Of a DNA stretch of 64,000 nt, positions 39,434-49,760 are shown piece by piece; within the stretch, counting starts at the first letter, position 1, and each line of letters opens with the position of its first letter. Both the position numbers and the translations under genes were made by a program. The stretch is taken from positions 2,624,001 through 2,688,000 of the forward strand of contig NZ_JAQNDL010000001.1 in assembly GCF_028368995.1 (NCBI RefSeq), read 5' to 3'. This DNA comes from Nannocystis bainbridge (GTDB lineage Bacteria > Myxococcota_A > Polyangia > Nannocystales > Nannocystaceae). The notes under the pieces are model-generated. The model was not told the origin of the DNA. It saw only the letters and a program-made list of their open reading frames with translations, and did not search any database.

Positions 39434-40867
39434 TCACAGCGTGAGGAATTGCGGCCCGTCCTTCGCGCCGCGCAGGCGCCTCGCCGCGCAGCGGTGCCAG
39501 GCGTCGTCGTCGCGCAGCGGCTCGTAGTCGACGGCGATCAGCCGGCCGCCGCGGACATCGAGCACCACCGGCCCCGAAGGCGCGCCCGGGCAGCGGCGCA
39601 ATCGTTCGACCAGCGAGCCCCGCGGCCGACCTGTCGACGACGGCGCCACCGGTTGCTGCGCGGCCACGGATCGCACGTCGGGCACGCGCACGACCACCGG
39701 CATGGGCGCGGGACTCGGCGCCGGATCGTCGCTCACGGGCAATTGCGCCGGCACGACCGGTGTCACGCTCCACCACAGCGACCCGGCGAATATCAGCAGC
39801 ACCACCAATGGCGACCACCGCAGCGCGCGCCAGATCGGTAGCATCGCCTTCGCGGGCGTCGCCGGCGGCGGCGAGACCGGGTGCGACGATTCGCCGGCCT
39901 CACGGTCGGCCGCGGGTGGCCGCGCCGTCGCCACCTCCGGCAGCGGCTTCGAAGGCATCAACACCCGTCGCAGCTCGCGCGCGAACGTCAGCGCGGAGCT
40001 CGGCCGCTTGGAGGGATCGGTGCCGAGGGCGCGCTGCAGCAGGTCTTGCAGCTCGAACGGCACGCGCGTGCCGAGCCGCGACAGCGGGATCGGCGGGGTG
40101 CCGCCCGCGATCTCGGCCTGCTGCTGTTGCGCGGTGCGACCGTGCCACGGCAGCCGCCCCGTGATCAGCTTATAAAGCGTCACCCCGAGCGCGAACACCT
40201 CCGAGGCCTCCGAGAACGGCGAGATCGTGATCTCCTTGCCCGCCTGCGCGTACACCTCCGGCGCGCAATACCCGGGCGTGTGGGCGATCCACGCCGTCGG
40301 CTCCGACAGCTGTGACACGATCGGAGCCGCGAGCGGCCGCTGACGCACCAGCCCGAGATCGATGAGCACCACTCGCTCGTCGTCGCCGCCGCCGATGACC
40401 ATGAAGTTGTCGGGCTTGATGTCACGATGGAACCACCCCGCCGCGTGCAGGCTCGCCACCGCCTCGGCCGCCTTGGCCATCAGCTCGACCGCGCGCCGCC
40501 AGTACATCGGCCGGCCGTCGGCGAGCCCCTGCAGGCTCTTGCCGTCGAGCCACTCCATCACCAGGTATTCGACCTTGGCCTCGAGGCGGAAGTCGAGCAC
40601 GCGCACCACGTGAGGGTCGCGCAGGCGAAAGCCGAGGATCGCCTCGGTCTTGAAGTGCGCGAAGCAATAGTCGTCGTCGCGGGCGACGTTCTGCGGGGCG
40701 CCATCGAGGCCGACCGCGCGCCGCACCTTGACCGCGACCGGCGTCTCCAGCTCCTCGTGCCAGCCCTCGTAGAGATCGGCGAAGCCCCCGGTCGCGACGT
40801 GGCGCTTGAGCCGGTAGACGCCGCCCAGCGTGCGTCCCACGAGCGCCTTCGGATCCGGCCTGACCAT
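39434..40867 (-). CDS. Ser/Thr protein kinase with TM and short Cys-containing C-terminus
   Basis: ATGGFADLY, VAVK, HRDIKPDN, DLG, HTPGYCAPE. Confidence 0.88.
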   Translation of the reverse strand: MVRPDPKALVGRTLGGVYRLKRHVATGGFADLYEGWHEELETPVAVKVRRAVGLDGAPQNVARDDDYCFAHFKTEAILGFRLRDPHVVRVLDFRLEAKVEYLVMEWLDGKSLQGLADGRPMYWRRAVELMAKAAEAVASLHAAGWFHRDIKPDNFMVIGGGDDERVVLIDLGLVRQRPLAAPIVSQLSEPTAWIAHTPGYCAPEVYAQAGKEITISPFSEASEVFALGVTLYKLITGRLPWHGRTAQQQQAEIAGGTPPIPLSRLGTRVPFELQDLLQRALGTDPSKRPSSALTFARELRRVLMPSKPLPEVATARPPAADREAGESSHPVSPPPATPAKAMLPIWRALRWSPLVVLLIFAGSLWWSVTPVVPAQLPVSDDPAPSPAPMPVVVRVPDVRSVAAQQPVAPSSTGRPRGSLVERLRRCPGAPSGPVVLDVRGGRLIAVDYEPLRDDDAWHRCAARRLRGAKDGPQFLTL

Positions 40868-41010
40868 GGCGTCTCATAGCACGGCCGCAGGTCTGCGGTA
40901 TACGAGGGCCCGTGACGCCTCGCCCGGCAAGACGATGTACACGCACATGTTTCCCCGGGGCTGCAAGTTCTTGGTATACGAAGGCAGCTTCGGCGCACGG
41001 GGGCGAGACG

Positions 41011-41796
41011 ATGTACACGCACACGTTGTTGATCTTCATGCTGGTCGGGCCCCCTGACACCTGTCCCGAAGTTCTACTGCCGGTGTGCGACGCCGCCGAC
41101 CGTCCGCTCGAGGCCGCCGAGCTCGCCGCCCCGATCGCCCGCGACGCGTCCGTCGCGCCGCAAGAGCGACGCTTCGCCGCGGCCCTCGCCGCCGGCGCGT
41201 GGATCCGCCACGGCACGCCCGCGACCCGCTGCAAGGCCAAGGAGCTGCTGGGCGAATATTTCGCCGACCCGGCCCTGCCGCGCTCGCCGGCGCTCGAGCG
41301 TCACCGCCGTGACGTCGAGGCCGACCGCTGTGAAACGGCCCCCGACGCGTCGGCAGCGACGACCACGGCGTCGCCCCCGCCTCCGCCGCCGCCCCGGGCA
41401 CCTGCCCCCGAGGCCAGGCCACCCGCGGCGACCCACGACCGCAGCGCGAAGGTCCGCCTCGTCGCCGGCGGCACGCTGCTCGGCACCGGCGTCGGCCTCG
41501 CGGCGGCCACCCTCGGCGCCCTCGCGGTGATGGGCCATCAGCTCTCGACCGCCCGCGAGATCACGGCGCGAGTGACCGCAGAGGACCGCGACATGACGCG
41601 AGAAGAGGTGCTGCAGTTCCGCCTGGCGTACGGGGTCGCGGACGTGGCGCGATGGGTCTCGCTGGGCGTCGGCCTCGCCAGCGCGGCCACGCTTGCCGCC
41701 GCGATCCCGCTGTTCGTGTCGGCGAAGCGGCGGCTGCGGGCCGGGCCGTACGTGCGCGGCGCAGCGGCCGGTGTCATGTTCAGCGGGTCGTTCTGA
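41011..41796 (+). CDS. Hypothetical membrane protein
   Basis: Pro-rich linker and two C-terminal hydrophobic segments ending GVMFSGSF; precedes the lipoprotein gene by 14 nt. Confidence 0.7.
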   Translation: MYTHTLLIFMLVGPPDTCPEVLLPVCDAADRPLEAAELAAPIARDASVAPQERRFAAALAAGAWIRHGTPATRCKAKELLGEYFADPALPRSPALERHRRDVEADRCETAPDASAATTTASPPPPPPPRAPAPEARPPAATHDRSAKVRLVAGGTLLGTGVGLAAATLGALAVMGHQLSTAREITARVTAEDRDMTREEVLQFRLAYGVADVARWVSLGVGLASAATLAAAIPLFVSAKRRLRAGPYVRGAAAGVMFSGSF

Positions 41797-41810
41797 TCGG
41801 AGCCGCGGAC

Positions 41811-43430
41811 ATGTCCCGAAGTACACTTCTGCTCCCGCTCGCGCTCGCGGCCGCCGGCTGCTTCGGACAGGTGTGGGCCGAGGGCTCGGCGCTGTTCCCC
41901 GCCGAGACCGAGGCCGACACCGACACCGACGCGACCACGACGACCGCGACGACCTCGGCCCCGGGCGAGGGCCCGGACGAGCCGATCCAGACCGCGACGG
42001 GCGAACCACCGGACGAGACCACCGGCCCGATCGGCTCGTCGACGACGCTGCCCGACCCGGTCGAAACGCCGCCGCAGATCCTCGCCTTCACGGTCGAGCC
42101 CGACACGCTCCACGAGGCCGGCGACGCGCAGGTGAGCGCGCTCGTCAGCGAGGACACGGTGGCGCTGCAGCTGCTCGTCGACGGGGAAGAGGTGTGGGCC
42201 GGTCCGCCGGAGGCGTTCGCGTGGAGCTTCGCGGCGACCTCGCAGGCCGCGTCCGAGGGCACCTACACGCTCGAGCTGATCGCCCGCGATGGCGAGGGCC
42301 TCAGCGCCAGCGCGACGGCGATGCTGTGGGTGTCGCTGCCGCCGACCGGCGCTGAAAAGTGCGCGAAGGACCTCGGTGCGGGCCTGCTGACCGCCGCTCG
42401 CTACACCGACGAGGCGCTGATCGTGGTCGGCACGCTGGCCGGCGCCGCGACCGTGTGGCGCCTCGATCCCGACAACTGCCAGCCGCAAGCCGGGTTCCCG
42501 TGGACGATCGCGCAGTGGACGGCCCTGCAGCAGGCGCTTCCCGCGTCGCAAGCGGTCGGCGTGGCGGTCGACGCCGACGGCCGCATGGCGATCGCCGCCA
42601 ACGTCGGCACCGGCCTCGCGCGCCAGCCCTACCTCGCGGTGCTGTCGCCCGCGGGCGCGCTGCAGTGGGAGCGCCTCGGTCCGCAAAAACAGACGTACAG
42701 CGGGATCGCGGCGGCGGAAGATCGCTTCGTGGTGATCGGCGAGACGCTGGTCGGCGAGGAACCGGCGCGCTTCGACGGGCTGGTCGAGAGCTTCGACGCG
42801 AAGGGCACCATGCTGTGGTCGGATGTGCTGGCCGCGCCGCTGCCCGGCGATGACTTCGTGGATAACACCAACAAACTCGACGAGCACCCACGCGCGATCT
42901 CATGGGACGAGGGTCGACAAGCGCTGGTGATCGTGGGCGAGCGTCGGGTCGAGAAATCGCCGCCCACGGAGTGGACCCGAGCGTTCTCGGCGCAGTACAC
43001 GCTGAACGGCGCCATCGTCGGCAGCTGGACCTCGAAGGGTCTCGAAGGCGATGAAGACGGCCTCTTCGCGGTTGCGAGGTGCGGCGCGAGCCACGTCGCG
43101 GGAGGCTGGGTTCGCACCGGCCCGAACAGCCACGCGCCCGTGACGCGCTGGCTCGATGCCCAGGGCAACGGCGACAAGCGTCGCCTCGACAACCTGGCGA
43201 ACGCGAGGATCCAAGGCATCGCGTGCGACCGGGAGCTCAAGATCACGGCCGCCGCCGTCTCGAACTCGGCCGCTCACTCGCTGGTCTTCAAGGGCAGCGA
43301 CGATTCGTTCGCCGACAACGAGTTGTTCGAAGATGCGACGTTGATGGCAGTCGACTGCGATGCACGCGGCTTCTGTGCCGCCGTCGGCCTCCAGGGCGAC
43401 CAGGCCTGGGTCCGCGTACAACACCCGTGA
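41811..43430 (+). CDS. Lipoprotein family A, copy 1 (Thr stalk, Ig-like, beta-propeller-like)
   Basis: Lipobox AAGC; clear paralogue of 44807-46426 (PQAGFP, AAPLPGDD, DEHPRA, DCD.RGFCA, AWVRV.HP). Confidence 0.85.
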   Translation: MSRSTLLLPLALAAAGCFGQVWAEGSALFPAETEADTDTDATTTTATTSAPGEGPDEPIQTATGEPPDETTGPIGSSTTLPDPVETPPQILAFTVEPDTLHEAGDAQVSALVSEDTVALQLLVDGEEVWAGPPEAFAWSFAATSQAASEGTYTLELIARDGEGLSASATAMLWVSLPPTGAEKCAKDLGAGLLTAARYTDEALIVVGTLAGAATVWRLDPDNCQPQAGFPWTIAQWTALQQALPASQAVGVAVDADGRMAIAANVGTGLARQPYLAVLSPAGALQWERLGPQKQTYSGIAAAEDRFVVIGETLVGEEPARFDGLVESFDAKGTMLWSDVLAAPLPGDDFVDNTNKLDEHPRAISWDEGRQALVIVGERRVEKSPPTEWTRAFSAQYTLNGAIVGSWTSKGLEGDEDGLFAVARCGASHVAGGWVRTGPNSHAPVTRWLDAQGNGDKRRLDNLANARIQGIACDRELKITAAAVSNSAAHSLVFKGSDDSFADNELFEDATLMAVDCDARGFCAAVGLQGDQAWVRVQHP

Positions 43431-43444
43431 CGGCGGCACGCCAA

Positions 43445-44560
43445 CTATCGGGGGATGAACTTGTTGCACAGCGGCGCCAGCTGGGCCGCTGTCTCCTTGA
43501 AGAACGGGCCGTAGGACGGGGCACAGATCGACTCGAGCCTGCCGTGCTCGAGGTAGTCGTCCATGAACAGCCGAATGCGGTGGGACGGCCCCGCAGGCTC
43601 GCCGGGAAAGCACACGCTCGGCGAGACGTCACCGTCGGTGATGATGGCGAGCCCGAACACGGCGTCCCTGTCGCCGCCCTTGACCTCGTAGATGGCCTTG
43701 CTCCACTGGTACGGCCCCCCCGCCGATTTTTGATCGTACATGGTCTGGATGACCACCAGCAGCAGCAGCGCGTCGTCTCGCAAGAAACCTTCGTTGCAGC
43801 CGCCAGGGCCGTTCAGCTCGACACCCGTCTCGATCAGCGGACGGTCCACCGCCGCGAGGATCGAGTCGAAGGCGACCGGAGTAGAGCTGTTGTAGCCGAC
43901 GCGGCCGAGGCAGTCGAACGCGGCCAGCAGGTCCGGCTCCTCGTCGGTGATGTAGCGATTACCCCCTGCGAGCTTGCAGCGACGACCCGAGGAGCCCAGC
44001 TCACTGGCGAACGTCTCGCCCGCGCCCAACGTGTAGTCGCACTCGTCGATCTTGGCGCCGCACAGCTCGGGCACGCCGTTCGGATCACAGTCGGCGGGAT
44101 CTTTACACAATGAACAATCGTCCATCGACCACGTGTACGAAGAATCGGTGACGAGGACGTGCAGATCGAACCCGCCGAGCTCCTCCTCGAGCGCCTTCAC
44201 GAACTCGGGGAACGCCGCGATCAACCGCGACTGATACGGCTCCATCGTGTGATGCGTAGAGATCGCGAAGATGATGTCGAGCTTGCCCTGACAGCCGACC
44301 GGCGCGACGTCACCGAAATCCGGCAGAAGCCCGCCAGTGGTCACGTGCGGCTCCGACGTCGCGGTCGACGCCTCGTCACTCGTGCTCGTCGTCGTCGTGC
44401 TCGAAGTCGGGGCAAGCGTCGTGCTGCTCGTGCTCGAGGACGGCGCCCCGCTCGAAGCCTCTCCGCCGCTCGCGCTGCCGAAAGCCCCCGGCCCGGCGTT
44501 GAACTCGGCGTGGCAGCCGAAGAGGACCATGACGGCGGCGAAAGCGAGGTGGCGCGACAT
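43445..44560 (-). CDS. Lipoprotein family B, copy 1 (Cys-rich, degenerate vWA-like)
   Basis: Lipobox LFGC; GCQGKLDIIFAIS, GGCNEGFLRDDALLLLV, C..FIPR. Confidence 0.85.
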   Translation of the reverse strand: MSRHLAFAAVMVLFGCHAEFNAGPGAFGSASGGEASSGAPSSSTSSTTLAPTSSTTTTSTSDEASTATSEPHVTTGGLLPDFGDVAPVGCQGKLDIIFAISTHHTMEPYQSRLIAAFPEFVKALEEELGGFDLHVLVTDSSYTWSMDDCSLCKDPADCDPNGVPELCGAKIDECDYTLGAGETFASELGSSGRRCKLAGGNRYITDEEPDLLAAFDCLGRVGYNSSTPVAFDSILAAVDRPLIETGVELNGPGGCNEGFLRDDALLLLVVIQTMYDQKSAGGPYQWSKAIYEVKGGDRDAVFGLAIITDGDVSPSVCFPGEPAGPSHRIRLFMDDYLEHGRLESICAPSYGPFFKETAAQLAPLCNKFIPR

Positions 44561-44806
44561 CGCGCGTAAGGCTACCGGCCTGCTGTCGCGCGTGCTACCC
44601 ATTTGGCAGATCTTCGCGCCTCCATCTGAAGCAATTTATTTCGTTGCGTAGGCAAGGAACGACCTCGCCACGCAAGGTCGGCCTCGCCGCCGCGCTCGTG
44701 CGACGTGCCCGCACCGACTTCGACCGCCTCGCGGCTCGGCGAGTGCGTGCGCGGCGGTCCCGCCGGTATCATCTTTGCGCCGCGCCTTCGAACCGCGGCC
44801 GAGGAC

Positions 44807-46426
44807 ATGTCCCGAAGAACTCTTCTGCTCCCGCTCTTGCTCGCCGCCTGCTTCGAAGAGGTGTGGAAGGAAGGCTCGGACAAGTTCCCGGACACCGACA
44901 GCGGCGGCGCCTCGGGCACCTCGACGACCACGCTCGTCCCCGGCGGCGACGCGAGCAGCGGCACGCAGACGGTCACGAGCGAACCGCCGACCACGCTCGG
45001 GACGGCCGAGCCGTCGAGCACGACCACGGGCGCCCTCGAGAACGAGCCGCCGCAGATCATCAGCCTCCAGCTCGAGCCCGCCAGCCTCGACCAGGCCGGC
45101 GACGCGGAGGTGCTCGCGGTCGTCAGCAGCGATGTCGTGAAGCTGCGGCTCGAGGTCGACGACGAACAGGTCTGGACCGGCAAGCCCGCCGAGTTCGCGT
45201 GGACCTTCACGGCCACCTCGAAGGCCGCGTCGCAGGGCAAGCACTCGTTCGTGCTGTACGCCGAGGACGACGAGGGCCTCTCGGCCATGAAGTCGACGAC
45301 GCTGTGGGTGATGCTGCCCGAGACCGGCGCCGAGAAGTGTGAGTTCGAGGAGCCGAGCCACGACGGCTGGCTGACGGCCACGGCCTACGGCGCCGACGCG
45401 CTGATCGTCGCCGGCACGCTGGTGACCTCGCAGCTCGAGGCGACGCTGTGGCGCCTCGATCCGGAGTCGTGCGCACCGCAGGCCGGCTTCCCCCGCCAGA
45501 TCTCCCAGTGGACCGCGCTCGTCGAGGACTGGGAGCCCTCGCAAGCCGTCGGCGTGGCGATCGACGACGCCGGCCGCACGGCCCTCGCCGCCAACATCGG
45601 CGACGGCCTCGACCGCAGACCATACGTCGCAGTGTTCGCGCCCGACGGCGAACTCCTGGGCGAGCACCTCGGCAAGGAAGTAGGCGATACGTACAGCGGC
45701 ATCACGGCCGTGCCCGACGGTTTTTTCGTGGTCGGCGACACCCGCGTGAGCACCAACCCCCTGCGCTACGACGGCCTCATCGAGGGCTTCGACGCGGCGG
45801 GGTCGAAGATCTGGCACGACACGATCGCAGCGCCTCTGCCCGGCGACGACTGGAACGATCAATTCAATGTCTTCGACGAACACCCGCGCGCGGTGGTCTG
45901 GTCCGACGACCTGGACGCGCTGATCGTGGTCGGCGAGCGCGCTGTCCTGGAGGACAAGGACCCGCGGCAACGAGCCTTCTCGATCCAGTACACGCTCAAA
46001 GACGGGCTCGTGGAAGCCTGGACTTCCAGCGGCCTCGACGCTCCCCAGGACGGCCTCGTCGCTGTCACGGTCTGCGGAGACGAATGGGTGGCGGGCGGCT
46101 GGATTCAGGAGGATCAGAACCCGCGGTCCCCCGCAGCTCGCTGGCTCGGCCCGACAGGGAACGGGGGTGCCAAGCGGCGCCTGGATCCGCTCAAGGGCGC
46201 GACCTTCCACGGGTTGGCTTGCGACCGTGAGAACAAGTTCACCACCGCAGCCAGCACGGGCGTCAACGCCTCCGTGCTCGGTTTCCGGTCGAGTGACGAT
46301 CCCTTCCTTTTCAAGCAGGACTTCGGCCAGGCAGCGTTGACTGCGGCCGATTGCGACTCTCGCGGTTTCTGTGCCGTTGCAGGCGCACGCGGGGCGCGTG
46401 CCTGGGTGCGCGTGCACCACCCGTGA
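44807..46426 (+). CDS. Lipoprotein family A, copy 2
   Basis: MSRRTLLL..LAAC; paralogue of 41811-43430. Confidence 0.85.
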   Translation: MSRRTLLLPLLLAACFEEVWKEGSDKFPDTDSGGASGTSTTTLVPGGDASSGTQTVTSEPPTTLGTAEPSSTTTGALENEPPQIISLQLEPASLDQAGDAEVLAVVSSDVVKLRLEVDDEQVWTGKPAEFAWTFTATSKAASQGKHSFVLYAEDDEGLSAMKSTTLWVMLPETGAEKCEFEEPSHDGWLTATAYGADALIVAGTLVTSQLEATLWRLDPESCAPQAGFPRQISQWTALVEDWEPSQAVGVAIDDAGRTALAANIGDGLDRRPYVAVFAPDGELLGEHLGKEVGDTYSGITAVPDGFFVVGDTRVSTNPLRYDGLIEGFDAAGSKIWHDTIAAPLPGDDWNDQFNVFDEHPRAVVWSDDLDALIVVGERAVLEDKDPRQRAFSIQYTLKDGLVEAWTSSGLDAPQDGLVAVTVCGDEWVAGGWIQEDQNPRSPAARWLGPTGNGGAKRRLDPLKGATFHGLACDRENKFTTAASTGVNASVLGFRSSDDPFLFKQDFGQAALTAADCDSRGFCAVAGARGARAWVRVHHP

Positions 46427-46692
46427 TCCGACCGCGACGGACGGCGCAGACTGAGCTCCCACGCTCGTCGCGTCACTCACGGTCGACAGGACCCCGCAGG
46501 CCCCGCAGGAAGCACCCGGTCAGACGATTTCAGCCGCTGGCGCCGCGACAGGCGCTCGGATCCGTGGGTCTCCGGGCGGTGCCGATGCAGCGCGCTCTCA
46601 CGACCGAGGCCATGCGTTGCGAGGTTGGCGATGCCGCCCTCTCGCTCGCCGCCACTCGACCTCCCAGAAGCGAGTAACTGCGACCGTGCGAA

Positions 46693-47811
46693 TCAGCGTG
46701 GGATGAACTGATCGCACAGCGGCGCGAGCTGGGCCGCCACATCCTTAAAAAACTGCCCGTAGGCGGGCGCGCAGATCGACGCCATGTTGCCGTGCTTGAG
46801 CTGGTCCTCCATGAACAGCCGCATCCGGTTGGTATTTCCCTGCGGACCATCGGGCGCACACAAGCTCGGCACGAGGTCGTTGTCCGCGGTGATCGCCAGA
46901 GCGATCACTGCGTCCTCGTCCCCGCCCTTCACCGCGTACAGCGCCTTGCGCCACTGGTAGGGCCCGCCAAGCGACGCATATTCGTAGGAATCCTGGATGA
47001 TGACGAGCAGCAGCAACGCATCGTCGCGAAAGAACCCCTCGTTGCAGCCTCCCGGCGCGTTCAGCTCGATGCCCGACTCGATGAGCGGGTGGTCCAGCGC
47101 CGCCAGGATCGAGTCGAACGGCATCGGCGTCGCCACGCCGTAGCCCACCCGCGCGAGGCACGTGAACGCCTCCACCAGGTCCTCTTCTTCGTCGGTGATG
47201 TAGCGACGCCCGCCTGCCAGCTCGCAGCGACGCCCGGACGAGCCGATCCCGCTGCTGAACGTCTCGCCGGCGCCCATCGTCTTGTCGCACGCGTCGAGCT
47301 TCGCCCCGCACTGGCTCGGCTCTCCGTTCGGATCGCAGTCGTCGGGGTCCTTGCATTGCGAGCAGTCGCTCATCCCCCACACGAACGACGAGTCGGTCAC
47401 GAGGATGTGCAGGTCGAACCCGCCGAGCTCCTCTTCCAGAGCCTGCGCGAACTCGGGGAACGCCGCGATCAGCCGCGGCTGGTACTCCTTCATCGGGTAC
47501 TCCGTCGAGATCGCGAAGATGATGTCGATCTTGCCCTGGCAGCCCATCGGCGCCACGTCCCCGAAGTCGGGCAGCGCTCCACCGCTGCCTGTCACGCTCG
47601 CGTCGCTCGTGCTCGAGGTCGTCGATGTCGTCGAGGTCGTCACGTCGACCGCGCTCGTCGAGGACGTCGTAGTCAATGTCGTCGATGTCGAAGGGTTCGC
47701 GCTGCCCGTCCCCACCTCGCTGCTCGCGGTCCCGAACGGCGAGCCATCCGGCGCAGCGGCGTTGCAGCCAACAAAGTAGAGAGCAGCGACGGAGCCGATG
47801 AGGCGCGACAT
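46693..47811 (-). CDS. Lipoprotein family B, copy 2
   Basis: 372 aa, lipobox FVGC; near-identical to 48333-49451. Confidence 0.88.
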   Translation of the reverse strand: MSRLIGSVAALYFVGCNAAAPDGSPFGTASSEVGTGSANPSTSTTLTTTSSTSAVDVTTSTTSTTSSTSDASVTGSGGALPDFGDVAPMGCQGKIDIIFAISTEYPMKEYQPRLIAAFPEFAQALEEELGGFDLHILVTDSSFVWGMSDCSQCKDPDDCDPNGEPSQCGAKLDACDKTMGAGETFSSGIGSSGRRCELAGGRRYITDEEEDLVEAFTCLARVGYGVATPMPFDSILAALDHPLIESGIELNAPGGCNEGFFRDDALLLLVIIQDSYEYASLGGPYQWRKALYAVKGGDEDAVIALAITADNDLVPSLCAPDGPQGNTNRMRLFMEDQLKHGNMASICAPAYGQFFKDVAAQLAPLCDQFIPR

Positions 47812-48332
47812 CGCGCTCGAAGCTACCGACCGTGCGCCACGATCGCTACTCGTTTGGCGCGTTTCGGGCCCCGAGACGGCCGTCTATAAAATTGCGTTTG
47901 CGACGAAGCAGTCGCTGCATAACCTTGCAGCGACCGTCTGCTGGATCCTTGCGACGAGCACGCCGCAATCTAAACATTTGCTCCTCCGCTGCGCCAACCA
48001 TTCAGCACCGGGCTGCTTCAGCCGAGCGGCGGCGAAACTCGAAAACAAGAAAACACCGTCGAGCAGTGCACCAGCGCGTCCCACTGGGCGCCCGGTGACT
48101 GCGGTTGCGGATGCTCCAACGGAGCTACAAGCGGACGATAGCGCTCGATGTCCCCAACGCGCCGAGCCCGGTTGTGATGCAACGTTAGCGAGCTCCCACG
48201 CTCGCAGCGCGTCACTCACGGTCGACAGGATCGGGAGCCCCCGCAGGCCCCGCAGGAAGCACCCGGGCAGGCGATTTCAGCCGCTGGCGCCGCTACTGGG
48301 CTCCTTGGAAGCTGGCGGGCCAGGCGCTCGGA

Positions 48333-49451
48333 TCAGCGAGGGATGAACTGATCGCACAGCGGCCCGAGCTTGGCCGCCACATCCTTAAAAAACTGCCCGT
48401 AGGCGGGCGCGCAGATCGACGCCATGTTGCCGTGCTTGAGTTGGTCTTCCATGAACAGCCGCATGCGGTTGGTATACCCCTGCGGGCCGTCGGGCGCACA
48501 CAGGCTGGGTACGATGTCATTGTCCGCGGTGATCGCCAGCGCGATCACCGCGTCCTCGTCCCCGCCCTTCACCTCGTACAGCGCCTTGCGCCACTGGTAC
48601 GGCCCGCCCAGGGACACATACTCGTACGAGTTTTGAATGATGACGAGCAGCAGCAACGCATCGTCGCGAAAGAACCCCTCGTTGCAGCCGCCCGGCGCGT
48701 TCAGCTCGATCCCCGTCTCGATGAGCGGGTGGTCCAGCGCCGCCAGGATCGAGTCGAACGGCATCGGCGTCGCCACGGCGTAGCCCACCCGCGCGAGGCA
48801 CGTGAACGCCTCCACCAGGTCCTCTTCTTCGTCGGTGATGTAGCGACGTCCGCCTGCCAGCTCGCAGCGACGCCCGGACGAGCCGATCCCGCTGCTGAAC
48901 GTCTCGCCGGCGCCCATCGTCGTGTCGCACGCGTCGAGCTTCGCCCCGCACTGGCTCGGCTCTCCGTTCGGATCGCAGTCGTCGGGGTCCTTGCATTGCG
49001 AGCAGTCGCTCATCCCCCACACGAACGACGAGTCGGTCACGAGGATGTGCAGGTCGAACCCGCCGAGCTCCTCTTCCAGAGCCTGCGCGAACTCGGGGAA
49101 CGCCGCGATCAGCCGCGGCTGGTACTCCTTCATCGGGTACTCCGTCGAGATCGCGAAGATGATGTCGATCTTGCCCTGGCAGCCCATCGGCGCCACGTCC
49201 CCGAAGTCGGGCAGCGCTCCACCGCTGCCTGTCACGCTCGCGTCGCTCGTGCTCGAGGTCGTCGATGTCGTCGAGGTCGTCACGTCGACCGCGCTCGTCG
49301 AGGACGTCGTCGTCGATGTCGTCGATGTCGAAGGGTTCGCGCTGCCCGTCCCCACCTCGCTGCTCGCGGTCCCGAACGGCGAGCCATCCGGCGCAGCGGC
49401 GTTGCAGCCAACAAAGTAGAGAGCAGCGACGGAGCCGATGAGGCGCGACAT
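48333..49451 (-). CDS. Lipoprotein family B, copy 3
   Basis: 372 aa; about 11 substitutions relative to copy 2, mostly C-terminal. Confidence 0.88.
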   Translation of the reverse strand: MSRLIGSVAALYFVGCNAAAPDGSPFGTASSEVGTGSANPSTSTTSTTTSSTSAVDVTTSTTSTTSSTSDASVTGSGGALPDFGDVAPMGCQGKIDIIFAISTEYPMKEYQPRLIAAFPEFAQALEEELGGFDLHILVTDSSFVWGMSDCSQCKDPDDCDPNGEPSQCGAKLDACDTTMGAGETFSSGIGSSGRRCELAGGRRYITDEEEDLVEAFTCLARVGYAVATPMPFDSILAALDHPLIETGIELNAPGGCNEGFFRDDALLLLVIIQNSYEYVSLGGPYQWRKALYEVKGGDEDAVIALAITADNDIVPSLCAPDGPQGYTNRMRLFMEDQLKHGNMASICAPAYGQFFKDVAAKLGPLCDQFIPR

Positions 49452-49760
49452 CGCGCTCGAAGCTACCGACCGTGCGCCACGATCGCTACTCGTTTGGCGC
49501 GCACGCGCTCGCGCGGGGCCCTTTTTATAAAATTGCGTTTGCGACGAATGAGTCGCTGCATAACCTTGCAGCGACCGCCCAGCGTTTTATCGAACCACGC
49601 TCGCTGTAATCTAAATATTTGCGCCTTCGCTGACCATTGCGGCACACGCCACGCCCGCCCGCGGCCCTCGCATCAGCGATGTACCGTAAGGCTCAATTCG
49701 ATGACCGCGAAAGCAGGGTCATCGCTGTTACGAATTTGCGAGCCGTTCGCGGAACTCGCC

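Larger units (their letters stand above)
46453..49640. repeat. Tandem segmental duplication covering B copies 2 and 3 and their flanks
   Basis: Downstream flank about 46453-46545 matches about 48190-48292; upstream 47812-47860 equals 49452-49500, with similarity continuing about 130 nt. Confidence 0.88.

Noticed and set aside
41805-41825. Palindrome-like GGACATGTCCCGAAG at the starts of both family A genes (also 44802-44820)
   Set aside because: It can be explained by RBS + ATG TCC CGA shared through paralogy; the right half-site is imperfect.
46693-49451. Diversity-generating retroelement template/variable repeat pair
   Set aside because: No reverse transcriptase; the differences are not adenine-specific and the whole gene is duplicated.
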